Positions 46,353 to 55,820 of a stretch of 64,000 nucleotides of DNA are shown one piece after another. Position 1 is the stretch's first letter, and the number at the start of each line of letters is the position of its first letter. The notes under the pieces are model-generated. The model ran no database searches, was not told the DNA's origin, and saw only the letters and a program-made list of their open reading frames with translations. Made by a program: the position numbers and the translations under genes. The stretch comes from a virus. The DNA lies in IMG/VR virus record IMGVR_UViG_3300028840_000888, positions 1 through 64,000 of that record; one strand, 5' to 3'.

Positions 46353-46710
46353 TATGCCGTCCTCACTTTGTCCACATTTTGCTTAATTATAAGGTATAAA
46401 TATACTACTATTTTGGCTCATATTAACTACTTGATACAATGTACTAGCTACTATAGTATGGCGTATCTACTATTAGATACAATTTCCGAATCCTCAAAAT
46501 GCTCCCACGCGGGTATTTTTACGAGTTGTTTCAACACTTCATTTTTGTACCATCTACCTAGTACAATGATACCACATGTTAGTACGATATGCTACCTAGT
46601 TAGTACAATCTCGATTCTGTAAATTGTAGCATTTTTCGTACCTACTAGTAAATACAATATACTAACTAGTGATAACATTGTGCTAACTAGCTATAACTAG
46701 CTTGTCCTAG
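46353..46710. repeat. AT-rich non-coding region with clustered CTAG and TACAAT repeats
   Basis: 8 CTAG between 46444 and 46710 and 5 TACAAT between ~46435 and 46658. Confidence 0.7.
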
Positions 46711-46885
46711 CATCGTTTAGTGCGATTTTTAGCACGAAACCGCCACCACACCGCTAGTGCCCATGCCTGCATGAAGTCGCGTAGCTCAACGTGCTTGATG
46801 CTGACCTGGTGAGGGCGAATCTTACAACTGCGCTGATCACGTTCGCACTCATGACAGGCCCACGGAGTTGAGCATGTGTTGCGCT

Positions 46886-47146
46886 TCACTGGGCCGCCTT
46901 CTTGTAAACTCGGCACTGCCTCCCGTCAACATAGGCCATGCGGGAAGTCAGCGCGCCACCGGTGCGATACTTATCAAGCTGCCGGCGGGCTTGTCCATGA
47001 TTGATATGAGCATCCGGCTTTTCAGAGTTGTAACGCGCCATGTACTCATTAACGGTAAATTCATCCTCCTGGCGCTCCTCCGATTGCCGCATGGCTAAAA
47101 GCTCGGCAATCGCATCATCGTCATTCGTCCACTTAACTTTCATCAT
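46886..47146 (-). CDS. Small HTH-like protein
   Basis: AGGAG RBS; overlaps phosphoesterase stop. Confidence 0.55.
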   Translation of the reverse strand: MMKVKWTNDDDAIAELLAMRQSEERQEDEFTVNEYMARYNSEKPDAHINHGQARRQLDKYRTGGALTSRMAYVDGRQCRVYKKAAQ

Positions 47147-48008
47147 TGACAGTACTCCTGCTCCTAATATCTAGCCGTTTCTTGATGGGCTTAATGCGCC
47201 CGACTTCACCGTCTACAATTTCAATCGCCAGCAATCCGAAGTCCTGATACTGCACTGATCGCGTAGCCTGATGCCCGTAACTGCCCAGGCCGCAATATGA
47301 GGGTAAGGTGATATAGTCATAAGTCAGCAGCTCGCCGTCCCATTCCTGATGATGTGTAATCCACACGAATGAGTGATAATGCCCGGATAGATAGATGCGC
47401 GCCGGCTGCTCACCGAGGCTGCGCTGGCGATAGATCAAATCCTTCAAATGGTAAAGCACCTGATTTCCGCGCGTCCAATCGCGTATCCCCGGCCCAGGCC
47501 CGTGGTGCTTGTAGTCTATCTGTACCCCGTCAATGTCTACCAGTCCGTGATAGAAAAGTTCAACTGCGAGATCGGGAAACTTGTCCTTGAGGAAGCCTGC
47601 AATTAGTGTCTCAGATCCCGCATCACCAAACGTGTGGGCATTGGTGCCCGCGCTCATGTAAACGTGCGTCGGCTTGAGTGCTTCTACGATATGCATGGCA
47701 TTGGCCCTGGCGATCAATACCTGATCAGCAAGTCGGTTGGTCATCAGTCCATCGGTGTGCTTGCGCCCGTGCGTCATGTCGCCCAGGTTCTTCAGGATGA
47801 TCGGGTCGTTACCGGCGAAGGCTTTGGCTTGCTCGATCTGCTCAACCCGATACTCCCATAGCAACTTCTGAAATGGCCCAAGCTGTGGCTTCGCGGGCTC
47901 CGGCCTCCCGACCTCATTGTCTGCGGGTAGCACTGCATTAGGATTGCACAGGCCAAGCCGATGGCCGGCATGTTCATCGGAGGTGACGATAACGACGTAA
48001 CGTGCCAT
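47133..48008 (-). CDS. Calcineurin-like metallophosphoesterase
   Basis: SDEH, LGD, GTNAH, KHHG, SGHYH. Confidence 0.8.
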   Translation of the reverse strand: MARYVVIVTSDEHAGHRLGLCNPNAVLPADNEVGRPEPAKPQLGPFQKLLWEYRVEQIEQAKAFAGNDPIILKNLGDMTHGRKHTDGLMTNRLADQVLIARANAMHIVEALKPTHVYMSAGTNAHTFGDAGSETLIAGFLKDKFPDLAVELFYHGLVDIDGVQIDYKHHGPGPGIRDWTRGNQVLYHLKDLIYRQRSLGEQPARIYLSGHYHSFVWITHHQEWDGELLTYDYITLPSYCGLGSYGHQATRSVQYQDFGLLAIEIVDGEVGRIKPIKKRLDIRSRSTVNDES

Positions 48009-48556
48009 TAGTTACGGCCCTCAAACATCTTCAAATAGTAGGCATACTCATGCATTAGCGCTTTCCTCCCCCCTTGTGAACATGGCCTAAACTCTCCACA
48101 TAGCCCGCCACGATACACGCACTTGGGAACCATGACTGAGGCTAGTGCAGGATCGACCTCACGCAGCGCATCCCGGATGCCAAGCATTACGGCGCGGGTA
48201 TCCTTATGCGCCTTGAAGCATAGTCGTACCTTCGCCATGTCAATGAGGCCCTGTGCATTAATCTGCATGGTAATGTCCCGCGTTCCCTCCTTGCCACCCC
48301 GGTCGGGCCGTTGCGTCCTTACCCAGGGCTGTACACCGACGTGATGACGCACAAGGTGCGTATGCACCCGGTTGCTTATCCCATCAATCTCTATCCAGAA
48401 AAGCATGGCCCTAATCGGGCTATGCTCTGAGAGATAGGCACGTAGTAGGAAGTCGCCACGGTCGGCCATGCTAAGCCGCTTCTCGGTCGCTGCGCACCGA
48501 GCAAAAGCCTGGTACATGTCATGGGCCGTTGATTTGCGCCACACTCTAATTTTCAT
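48008..48556 (-). CDS. thyX: FAD-dependent thymidylate synthase ThyX-like
   Basis: SEHSPIR, HLVRH, TQRPDR, IN...L......RLC, P.CVYRGG.C.E. Confidence 0.8.
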   Translation of the reverse strand: MKIRVWRKSTAHDMYQAFARCAATEKRLSMADRGDFLLRAYLSEHSPIRAMLFWIEIDGISNRVHTHLVRHHVGVQPWVRTQRPDRGGKEGTRDITMQINAQGLIDMAKVRLCFKAHKDTRAVMLGIRDALREVDPALASVMVPKCVYRGGLCGEFRPCSQGGRKALMHEYAYYLKMFEGRN

Positions 48557-48764
48557 TTCCACGTGATGCCTCCATCTGTATGCACTTGGCATAAAGCGCG
48601 CCAGCGCAAAATGACGCGAATTTCGCGTCCACTTCATCAGGATCATACCCGGCCTCCCGCAACATCTCGTTTATCTCTTCGCCCGTCTCCGGCTCTACCT
48701 CGTCAAAGAGTTGGGCAAAAGCGTCTATTAGTTCCTGGTCGCTCTTTCGCTTGCCTGTGTTCAT
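48546..48764 (-). CDS. Small acidic hypothetical protein
   Basis: GGAGG RBS, TAATG coupling. Confidence 0.6.
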   Translation of the reverse strand: MNTGKRKSDQELIDAFAQLFDEVEPETGEEINEMLREAGYDPDEVDAKFASFCAGALYAKCIQMEASRGNEN

Positions 48765-50251
48765 TAAAACAGCCTCCGTTGTTCAGCCCGCGCCCGTTCG
48801 CGCCGGGGCTGCTGCCCTTGAAATAGCGGCGCGTCCAGTTCCACCGCGCCGGTGATGTCCCAATGTTGTACCCTAGCGCGGGCGATGTCTAGGTAGTCGT
48901 CTACCATGTCAATGCCCACCACCTCATCCCACCCGTCCTGCAATGCCGCGAGAACCTCGGAGCCTGAGCCGCAGAATGGGACTAATAGCCGCCTTGGGGT
49001 TTCGCGTGGCGGGGGGAGCAGTAGCGTAGCGATGTAACGCAGGATTTCGAGCGGTTTCACCGTCGGATGGATATTGCCCGTGGCGCGCTGGCGTTTGGGC
49101 GTCTGCTCCCACGTCTCTTTGTCTATCCGGCGGAATCCCGACGGGCGCCGTTTGTCGCGTACCCAATAGAAGTCATCAAGGCCCTTATGGCGCTCACTCG
49201 GTGAGGATTTCGCGCAGTAGTAGAAGCGGGCGGCGGTGCCTGTGTCGGCTCCGCGTGGGTTATTGACCACACGTGCCTTATGGCCGGTGCGCCACGCGCC
49301 ATGTTTCATTTCTGGCAGACTTCGCCCTTGTCCACCACTTGGCCGCTCCCCGCTCTGCTCCGCAAGGGCACGGACTTGGCAGCCGGGCCGCTCGTGGTCG
49401 TCGGTCTCGCACTCACAGCTTAGTAGCGTATTCTGTGGGAAGGCACCTTTGGTGGTGGTGCCGCTATACTGTTGTTTAGCTCGTGTCCCTGACCCTTCGC
49501 CTAAAAGCTGCCCATTCTGATAGGCATTATGGCATAGCGGCCTCACTGTGCTTTCTCCCCACCTCTCAATCCTACACCCGCCCACGTTCAGCCCACCGCA
49601 GCCCCACACGCGGGCGTTGTTGGCGAAGGTGCCGTCGCGCTGATTCTGCGCGATGATGATGGGCTCGTGTGACGGGCGCAGGTTGCTGTGGTAGTCGTCC
49701 CAATCGCGGGCGAGGTCGGTGGCGGGTGCGGTCTGCTTCGCTTGTCCGCGTGTTTCGCTATAAAGTCCCGCCCTTGCTGTGGCGCGCTGATACGTTCCGT
49801 TTGCGAAACGCTTGCGCCCCACAACCTCCCGTTCCGCCCCCGCCTCCTCATCCAACTTCTTGGAGATATTGGCACCCTTCGCAAATCCCTGCGAGTGCAT
49901 CCACGCGATGCAATCACGGATTTCGTACCCGCCGAGCCGCAGCCCTAATGACAGGAAATCCTGTGTGCGTGTCCCGCCAAACGCAAATAGCAGCGCGCCG
50001 GGCTTCTGCACCCGTCGCACGGCTTGCCACGCCGCAGGCGAGGGCATCACATCCCACTTGCGCCCCATAAACCCGGCGCCAGTGTTGTACTCTTGCATAG
50101 CAAGCCACGCCTGCAGCAGGTCGATGGTTTTACTCGTCGTCATGTCCGCCAACGCATACGGCGGATCCGTCAGCACCGCGTCAAACGTGCGCGGTTCCAT
50201 CTGCGCGAGCACTTCAGCCACGTCACCGAGGTAAAAGGTTGCAGTACTCAT
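48764..50251 (-). CDS. DNA methyltransferase (beta-class N4/N6)
   Basis: TDPPY, GFMG.KWD, HPTVKP, LVPFCGSGS. Confidence 0.93.
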   Translation of the reverse strand: MSTATFYLGDVAEVLAQMEPRTFDAVLTDPPYALADMTTSKTIDLLQAWLAMQEYNTGAGFMGRKWDVMPSPAAWQAVRRVQKPGALLFAFGGTRTQDFLSLGLRLGGYEIRDCIAWMHSQGFAKGANISKKLDEEAGAEREVVGRKRFANGTYQRATARAGLYSETRGQAKQTAPATDLARDWDDYHSNLRPSHEPIIIAQNQRDGTFANNARVWGCGGLNVGGCRIERWGESTVRPLCHNAYQNGQLLGEGSGTRAKQQYSGTTTKGAFPQNTLLSCECETDDHERPGCQVRALAEQSGERPSGGQGRSLPEMKHGAWRTGHKARVVNNPRGADTGTAARFYYCAKSSPSERHKGLDDFYWVRDKRRPSGFRRIDKETWEQTPKRQRATGNIHPTVKPLEILRYIATLLLPPPRETPRRLLVPFCGSGSEVLAALQDGWDEVVGIDMVDDYLDIARARVQHWDITGAVELDAPLFQGQQPRRERARAEQRRLF

Positions 50252-50416
50252 CGCCGCAACCTCCGTGCGTTAGCGCGCCAGCGCCAGTTATCCGTATCGC
50301 GTACCGTTATCCAGATCCGCCGAAACACACGCCGTAATCCGGTCGCCCGTTGGTATCTGCGTACCACTGCCTTGTTGTACGGGCATGTGTCGTCGCAACG
50401 GTACAGGCTGCACCAG

Positions 50417-50626
50417 TTACACTGCATAGTATTCATACCCCCGCTTGTGTTGTCCACCGTAAACAATGCGGCGCTGCTCAATTTTCTTCAAGGATACCAA
50501 AACCCTCAAATTATGCTGAATCCCACCTCGCGTCACTCCGAACCTTCGTGCTATCTCGGCACTTGTGCGCCCAGGATATTCACGAATCACGTCAAGGATG
50601 TCAGCTTGTGCCGGTGATAGTTTCAT
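50417..50626 (-). CDS. Winged-helix DNA-binding protein
   Basis: LSPAQ.DILD.I...PG.TSAEIA.RFGVT. Confidence 0.7.
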   Translation of the reverse strand: MKLSPAQADILDVIREYPGRTSAEIARRFGVTRGGIQHNLRVLVSLKKIEQRRIVYGGQHKRGYEYYAV

Positions 50627-50789
50627 CAGGTATTCTAAACTCCTTGCGGTCTTTGAACTCCTGCTGCTTCCCCACATGCCACCCCTGTACAGGCGATAGG
50701 TAGCCGACGATGCGTGAGAAGACATCGCACGGCACGCCCGTCGGTACTTCTTCCTCTGTTTCTTCTTCCAATGGTTCGACCTCGTTCAT
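50601..50789 (-). CDS. Stand-alone NrdD-like glycyl-radical peptide
   Basis: C.VFSRIVGYLSPV..W..GK..EF.DR, the C-terminal motif of class III RNR. Confidence 0.82.
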   Translation of the reverse strand: MNEVEPLEEETEEEVPTGVPCDVFSRIVGYLSPVQGWHVGKQQEFKDRKEFRIPDETITGTS

Positions 50790-51100
50790 TCCTCACCACC
50801 CATGCCAGAAAAGAACTCGAACAGATACCCTAGTGCAACGCCCATGCCGAAAAACAGAAAGGCGATGAAATAGGCGATGGTAAAGATCACCTTTAGCGTT
50901 TCAATGAATGGTAAAAGTTCAGGCGTGAGCCTCTTGATGAACATCTCAAAAAAGTGCAAGGAAAATGGGAAGGTGAAGGTTACACCAATAGTACACTTAG
51001 ACATAAACCGCCAGCCCTCGCCGTTAATCCGGTTCATGTAAAATCTTGTGAAGTGTATCACAAAGGCACTCGCAATCGTAATCAGCCCTGACGCTATCAT
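50786..51100 (-). CDS. Membrane protein (3 TM, holin-like)
   Basis: AAGGAG RBS before MIASG; hydrophobic segments; in lysis cassette. Confidence 0.6.
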   Translation of the reverse strand: MIASGLITIASAFVIHFTRFYMNRINGEGWRFMSKCTIGVTFTFPFSLHFFEMFIKRLTPELLPFIETLKVIFTIAYFIAFLFFGMGVALGYLFEFFSGMGGEE

Positions 51101-51666
51101 AGTAACGACTCCTTTCTTTTGTTTGGTATGGGTGGCGTAAGGTTCTCGTAGTACGACGGATCGGGCGGCGTCCAGTCCGGCGTGATCCCGGCGTCGCACA
51201 TCTGCGTGGTAATGATCTTGATGCCGCTGTACAGTTCCTTGCGCTCAATCGTCAATGTACTTACGACTCCTCTGAACTCCTGTATTTGTAAGTTGGCCTG
51301 TAGCATCTCCGCAGAGTGCTCTTCGCGCATTTCGGCTATTTGCTTCTGGGCGCTCACGAGCTCATGGGTTACTGCCCGCTTATCCTTTTCACACTCTGCG
51401 CGCACCATTTTAATCTCGTCTGATAACTGCTTGCGCTCAGTGATTTCTTCACGTAGGCGCTGCTCAAGTGGGCCGATGATGTTCTCGCGCACTTCTGCCA
51501 GTATGAGATCATAGGTCTGCGCGGTGGTCTGCTGACTCGTGGCGTGGGCCTGCTCCTGGGTGACGTTGGCCTCAGCCCGCGACTTGCGCCATTGCAAAAG
51601 CATGTCAATGAGCTTGTTCACAATGAGCGTGCCACCACCTACGCCGATGATCTCATACCATTCCAT
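51097..51666 (-). CDS. Membrane-anchored coiled-coil protein in lysis cassette
   Basis: N-terminal hydrophobic helix followed by long coiled coil; directly after endolysin. Confidence 0.65.
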   Translation of the reverse strand: MEWYEIIGVGGGTLIVNKLIDMLLQWRKSRAEANVTQEQAHATSQQTTAQTYDLILAEVRENIIGPLEQRLREEITERKQLSDEIKMVRAECEKDKRAVTHELVSAQKQIAEMREEHSAEMLQANLQIQEFRGVVSTLTIERKELYSGIKIITTQMCDAGITPDWTPPDPSYYENLTPPIPNKRKESLL

Positions 51667-51669
51667 AGC

Positions 51670-52335
51670 TCACTCCGCGTCCATAAACTCGGCGTAGTCG
51701 TGATCAATATGGGCCATGCTGATGCCGTAGGACACACCGCCAAGCATAGCGTAAAACTGATCACGCCAGCCGGCGCCGTTCCACCCTGGGCAGGCTGTGG
51801 TGAAATAGTCACAATGGCCCTTTACCGTGTGGATGCCGGGATAGAGTTGCATCAGGTACTCGCACAGGTCAGCGGCTTTGCGCATCTGCACCAGCGGCGG
51901 CGGTTCATAATCCCACCGCCCTGCCAGGCCGATGCTCAGGTGCAGGTTGGGATCGTCCGGCGTGTGGTCATGCCAAAAGCCGTCCTCAAGGTCCACACAA
52001 TACAGGGCCTCTCCGCGCGCTGTGATCCAAAAAGTATACTGAATCGTCGGGATTCCCTTACCGCCCTGTGCCTGCGGGCGCGTTGACCATGCCGCAAATG
52101 AACTGAGATTATGCGCCATCGTGTGGTGAATCGTAATTGAGTTGATTGCTGCAGTCGTGCGCTTTGTCCACCAGGTGCGTCCGTTTGCAACAAACCACGG
52201 ATGGTCAGGCGCGTGGTTCTCCGGCATGTCGGCGCGCATGTCCGTCCAGGGATGCTCCGGCGGTGTATCCGGTTCGCGGGCCTCAATGGTCACGCTTTCG
52301 CCGTGTAATAGGTAAATCGTCTGTGTTTCGGTCAT
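51670..52335 (-). CDS. Endolysin, N-acetylmuramoyl-L-alanine amidase (Amidase_2)
   Basis: ITIHHT, I.Y.FWI...G, SIGLAG, KGH.D...TACPG. Confidence 0.9.
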   Translation of the reverse strand: MTETQTIYLLHGESVTIEAREPDTPPEHPWTDMRADMPENHAPDHPWFVANGRTWWTKRTTAAINSITIHHTMAHNLSSFAAWSTRPQAQGGKGIPTIQYTFWITARGEALYCVDLEDGFWHDHTPDDPNLHLSIGLAGRWDYEPPPLVQMRKAADLCEYLMQLYPGIHTVKGHCDYFTTACPGWNGAGWRDQFYAMLGGVSYGISMAHIDHDYAEFMDAE

Positions 52336-52412
52336 CGCAACCTCAGCAATGATGCAAAGCCAGCGGCAATACGCAGCGGCAATTCAATAATAAACTTGAT
52401 AAGCTCAAGCAT
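52332..52412 (-). CDS. 26-aa hydrophobic peptide MLELIKFIIELPLRIAAGFASLLRLR (not in ORF track)
   Basis: GAGG RBS, ATGA overlap with endolysin start. Confidence 0.5.
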   Translation of the reverse strand: MLELIKFIIELPLRIAAGFASLLRLR

Positions 52413-52511
52413 AATGCACCTCTAAAACAGGTTTGCCAGGGCTGCTAATGCAACCCTGGCAAGTGAAAGGAGACTGACATGAACCGGCAGGGGTGCCGGA
52501 TTTGGAGCGAT

Positions 52512-52898
52512 TCATTTTTGCATCTTCGCCAGGCGATAAAGCCCGGAACTCCCAAAGCCGCCGGAAATAGCCAATACCAGCAAGTCGATGATCTTCTTGG
52601 CCCCGCCGGTGATCAGGCCGTCCTGAATAGCCAGGGCGATGCCGGAGAGCACCGTGCCAATGACCAGAGCCGTAAAGCGCACGGCCTCTCCCTGGATGCC
52701 GGTATACTCCTTGATCGCCTGTACTAGCAACAGGGTGAGCGCGGCTACACTTACTGCGCCGATTGCCAGTTCACCGGACTGCGGCGCGGGGTATGGGTAC
52801 TGGCCGCCTGCGCCCTTAGCAAATACTGGCAGGGCCACCATCAGGGCCAGGACTGCGGCCAATACTACCATCAATTCAAGTTGCTGTCTCTTATTCAA
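52512..52898 (-). CDS. Holin-like membrane protein
   Basis: GGAGG RBS; LVQAIK, TM segments, C-terminal G.GSSGLY + basic tail typical of holins. Confidence 0.7.
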   Translation of the reverse strand: MNKRQQLELMVVLAAVLALMVALPVFAKGAGGQYPYPAPQSGELAIGAVSVAALTLLLVQAIKEYTGIQGEAVRFTALVIGTVLSGIALAIQDGLITGGAKKIIDLLVLAISGGFGSSGLYRLAKMQK

Positions 52899-52938
52899 TG
52901 TCTTACCTCCATAAGTTAAAGGAATAGATGTTCGGCTA

Positions 52939-53011
52939 AAGTGGGAGAGGGATTCGAGCCCTCGACCTCAAGATTATGATTCTCGCGCTCTGCCATCTGA
53001 GCTATCCCGCA
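52939..53011 (-). tRNA. tRNA with CAT anticodon (Met-type), partly degenerate
   Basis: TAGCTCAGATGGCAGAGC D-arm, CGAGA-ATCATAA-TCTTG anticodon arm, GAGGG-CTCGAAT-CCCTC T-arm; no encoded CCA. Confidence 0.8.
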
Positions 53012-53025
53012 ACTATACAATACCA

Positions 53026-53054
53026 TTATACACCATAATTATTAATGGCGCAAC
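53026..53054 (-). promoter_or_regulatory. Promoter for tRNA and lysis genes (TTGCGC-N17-TATAAT); boundaries approximate
   Basis: TATAAT ~14 nt upstream of the tRNA 5' end. Confidence 0.7.
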
Positions 53055-53278
53055 TTTACGTCATTCACAGCAGCGATGACCTTTGTCTTGATCTCGTCGC
53101 CGTAGGCCCGGAACGCAGATTTTAGCTCGCTAGGCGTCATGGTATGCCATGCGCCGTCATACTTAAAATTACGTTCATCTGCAAGATCAAGGATTGCTCC
53201 ACACTCACACATGTACACATCGCCAAACGGGAACCAGTCAAGACACGTATTGCCCTTATCTTCGCCATGATCACACAT
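53042..53278 (-). CDS. Small Cys-containing hypothetical protein
   Basis: AAGGAG RBS; CECG. Confidence 0.6.
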   Translation of the reverse strand: MCDHGEDKGNTCLDWFPFGDVYMCECGAILDLADERNFKYDGAWHTMTPSELKSAFRAYGDEIKTKVIAAVNDVKLRH

Positions 53279-53323
53279 TTCAAATCTCCTTTGTTGTTAG
53301 GTTAGTAAGATATTAGTTGCTGA

Positions 53324-54784
53324 CTAGAAGAGCCTGATCTGCACTTTCTCGCGCTCTCGCGCCAGTTCGTCATAGTCCGGGTTTAGCTCGATGCTGGCGG
53401 CCCGGCGGCGGTGCTGGTGGGCTACGCGCGCGGTGGTGCCTGAGCCGCCGAATGGGTCAAGGACGAGTTGCGGGCGCTTGGGGGCTGCATCGAGTTTGGC
53501 GAGGGTAGCGGCGATGTACTTAGGCGGGTGTTCTGGTAGCTCGTCAAGTTGCACTTGCAGGATGGCGCGTTTGGCGACGTTGGTTTCGTTGTCAATGCGG
53601 CGTTGTAGCTTGCGGCGCTCGATGTAGTCGTGGAAGGATTGCATGTCGATGTCGGGGTAATGGTTGCATTGAGGGATAAAGGCGAGGGTGTTGTGTTCAT
53701 GCGCCGCCATTCTGCCCATGTTACTATGCCCGCGATTCAAAAAACACGCGCCGCTCTTTTCGCGGCCCTCGCCGCCGCCGGTGCTGGTAGCACTGCCCAA
53801 TTGCACAACCCTTCTCCACGCCCTCCCACACACCGGGCACTCCCCCACCGCTGACGTGGACGCCAACAAAAACGGCTCCACGAGATCCGGCGGGAATACC
53901 GCGAAGTGCGCGCCGCTGTAGGGGCGGGGGTTCACGCGCAATAATAGCGGGTTGCCGTCGTCGGCGTGGTGTAGGTCCTTTTGCTGTAGGGCTTCGAGTT
54001 CTGCGAGGTGGGCGCGGGCTTGCTGGATTTCGTGGACAAGGTGCTGGTTGAGGGGGTCGGTGGTGCGATAGTTGCGGCCAGACCCACGCTCATATTCTAT
54101 GATGCTCCCATCCCGACATGAGACCATATTTGTTTTTTTGCTACGTCTAGGAGGTCCGCCACCACTATCGCAACTTGGCACCCGCACCGCATCCGCATCA
54201 TAATAATACCGCTGCGACCGCACGAACTGAAAAATGTACTCGTGCACTTTCGTGGGTCTGTCCTTCACCGACTCCGGCATGGCGTTGGCCTTTATCCACG
54301 GCGGATCACTGCGTAATATCCAGCCGTCGGCTTGCAGGGCGAAGGCGATTCTCCACGGGATGCCGAGGAGGTTTTTTGCGGGGATGCCGGTGCGAGGTGG
54401 CCTTACGCGATTACCTTGCCTCATACCGGGCTGTCCAACTGTGCCGCCGGGTGCATTTTGCGACAAGCCACCAGACTCGTATGAATCACCCAAGTTCAAC
54501 CAAAGCACTCCATCATCCCGCAGCACTCGCGCAACCTCACGAAACACCTGCACCATGTGCAGCGTGTACAGCTCCGGCGTAGGCTCTAGTCCCAAACAGC
54601 CTGTCCACGCCGGGAACGTCAACGAGGGCAGGTTCGGCATAGGGCGGTATTGGCTGGCGGGCCAATATGTACCGGGTAAGCCGTAGTCACGCTGCTGGTA
54701 ATACGGCGGCGAGGTAATACAGCACTGTGCTACATTATCAGCCAGAAAAGGCATATTTAGTGCGTTGGCGTTTATCATCGTCAT
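53324..54784 (-). CDS. DNA methyltransferase (beta-class, N4-cytosine type)
   Basis: TSPPY, WLNLGD, GIPWR.AFALQ.DGW.LR, HFAVFP, VLDPFGGSGTT. Confidence 0.93.
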   Translation of the reverse strand: MTMINANALNMPFLADNVAQCCITSPPYYQQRDYGLPGTYWPASQYRPMPNLPSLTFPAWTGCLGLEPTPELYTLHMVQVFREVARVLRDDGVLWLNLGDSYESGGLSQNAPGGTVGQPGMRQGNRVRPPRTGIPAKNLLGIPWRIAFALQADGWILRSDPPWIKANAMPESVKDRPTKVHEYIFQFVRSQRYYYDADAVRVPSCDSGGGPPRRSKKTNMVSCRDGSIIEYERGSGRNYRTTDPLNQHLVHEIQQARAHLAELEALQQKDLHHADDGNPLLLRVNPRPYSGAHFAVFPPDLVEPFLLASTSAVGECPVCGRAWRRVVQLGSATSTGGGEGREKSGACFLNRGHSNMGRMAAHEHNTLAFIPQCNHYPDIDMQSFHDYIERRKLQRRIDNETNVAKRAILQVQLDELPEHPPKYIAATLAKLDAAPKRPQLVLDPFGGSGTTARVAHQHRRRAASIELNPDYDELAREREKVQIRLF

Positions 54785-55758
54785 CTCCTTGTCATTACTT
54801 CAACCGCCGTCGGCGGATCCGCAACCATGTCAATCGGCACACGCCACATGCCGGAGTTCTTTGCGCACGTCGTCAAGTAGTTAAGCATCCTGTCCGTGCT
54901 ATTGATTCCCTGACCTGAACCGCTACACAATGCCTCCGCGAATAGTTGCCAGTCACCGCCGAATCGTTCTGTCACGTCTCGTAGACTGGCGCTTTGCTTG
55001 GCGTTAAGCTCCACCGGGCGCCCATCGCCCACGGCCATCGTCATCATCTGCACGAACCACAGTTCATAGCTCTTCAACTCATACACGCGTACCTCATATT
55101 GATCTGTCATGTACCCGGCCATATCCTCAGCGAAAACTTGAGGAGGCGACGCTATGGAGGTAGTAGTATCAGGATGTGTAGTAGCATCAGGCGGTGTAGT
55201 GTCATCTTTTCCTTGAATGACAGGAGTGCCGTGGGCTTTTGCCTCAAAAGCCGGATCCGTACTTTTACATGAATCTTCTATAGCGTTAGGAGGTGCTAGA
55301 GCAAGAGTAATCTTTTGTAGTAATCTTATGGTAATGGTTTGCCCATTTTGGCCATGTGCCTTGTCCATTTTGGCCATGTGGTCAGTCACCCTATCGCGCC
55401 ACACAATCAGTGTTTCTCTTGAAAGCTCTGCGATTCGCTCATAATTTATCGTGTACCAGCGTGTCTGATCACCTGGGCGTTTGTTATAGTTGCCCGTAAC
55501 AATAACTTCAAGGTCTTCCAGCGCATTGACAATTCTACGTATGGTATGCGATGACCAAAACGGGAACTGCTTTTGCCACTCTTTGTAACTATTGTACACC
55601 CACACCTTGTCGTCATTGAAGTGCTTGGAGCGCATAAGCCAGTAGTGAAGCTGAGACAAAAACATGGCCTGGCGGTCACTTTTTAACACGGTTGCGAGGC
55701 GAGTGTCAACTATACGTACTTGCGCTTTTTCGGAATTTGTGGTATTATTATCATACAT
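54781..55758 (-). CDS. Phage replication initiator (N-terminal wHTH)
   Basis: A.FL.QLHYW, WVYNSY.EW..QFPFWS..TI.R....LE......GNYN...D.T.WYTINY; internal direct repeats. Confidence 0.85.
   Translation of the reverse strand: MYDNNTTNSEKAQVRIVDTRLATVLKSDRQAMFLSQLHYWLMRSKHFNDDKVWVYNSYKEWQKQFPFWSSHTIRRIVNALEDLEVIVTGNYNKRPGDQTRWYTINYERIAELSRETLIVWRDRVTDHMAKMDKAHGQNGQTITIRLLQKITLALAPPNAIEDSCKSTDPAFEAKAHGTPVIQGKDDTTPPDATTHPDTTTSIASPPQVFAEDMAGYMTDQYEVRVYELKSYELWFVQMMTMAVGDGRPVELNAKQSASLRDVTERFGGDWQLFAEALCSGSGQGINSTDRMLNYLTTCAKNSGMWRVPIDMVADPPTAVEVMTRR
55343..55380. repeat. Iteron-like direct repeats (2 x CCATTTTGGCCATGTG, 22-bp period) inside the initiator gene
   Basis: Copies at 55343-55358 and 55365-55380 next to an AT-rich stretch. 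Confidence 0.7.
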
Positions 55759-55820
55759 TAGATAAAACCTCCTGCGGTTTTGATTTGGCCCGGCGCTGGT
55801 AACGCCGGGCCGCTTTCTTT
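55720..55820 (+). ncRNA. Putative antisense RNA over the rep translation start
   Basis: TTGCGC-N17-TATTAT (55720-55748) with extended TG; terminator GGCCCGGCG/CGCCGGGCC + TTTCTTT. Confidence 0.6.

Noticed and set aside
52939-53011. attP/attL site or prophage boundary
   Set aside because: Phage genes on both sides, no duplicated tRNA 3' end and no integrase seen
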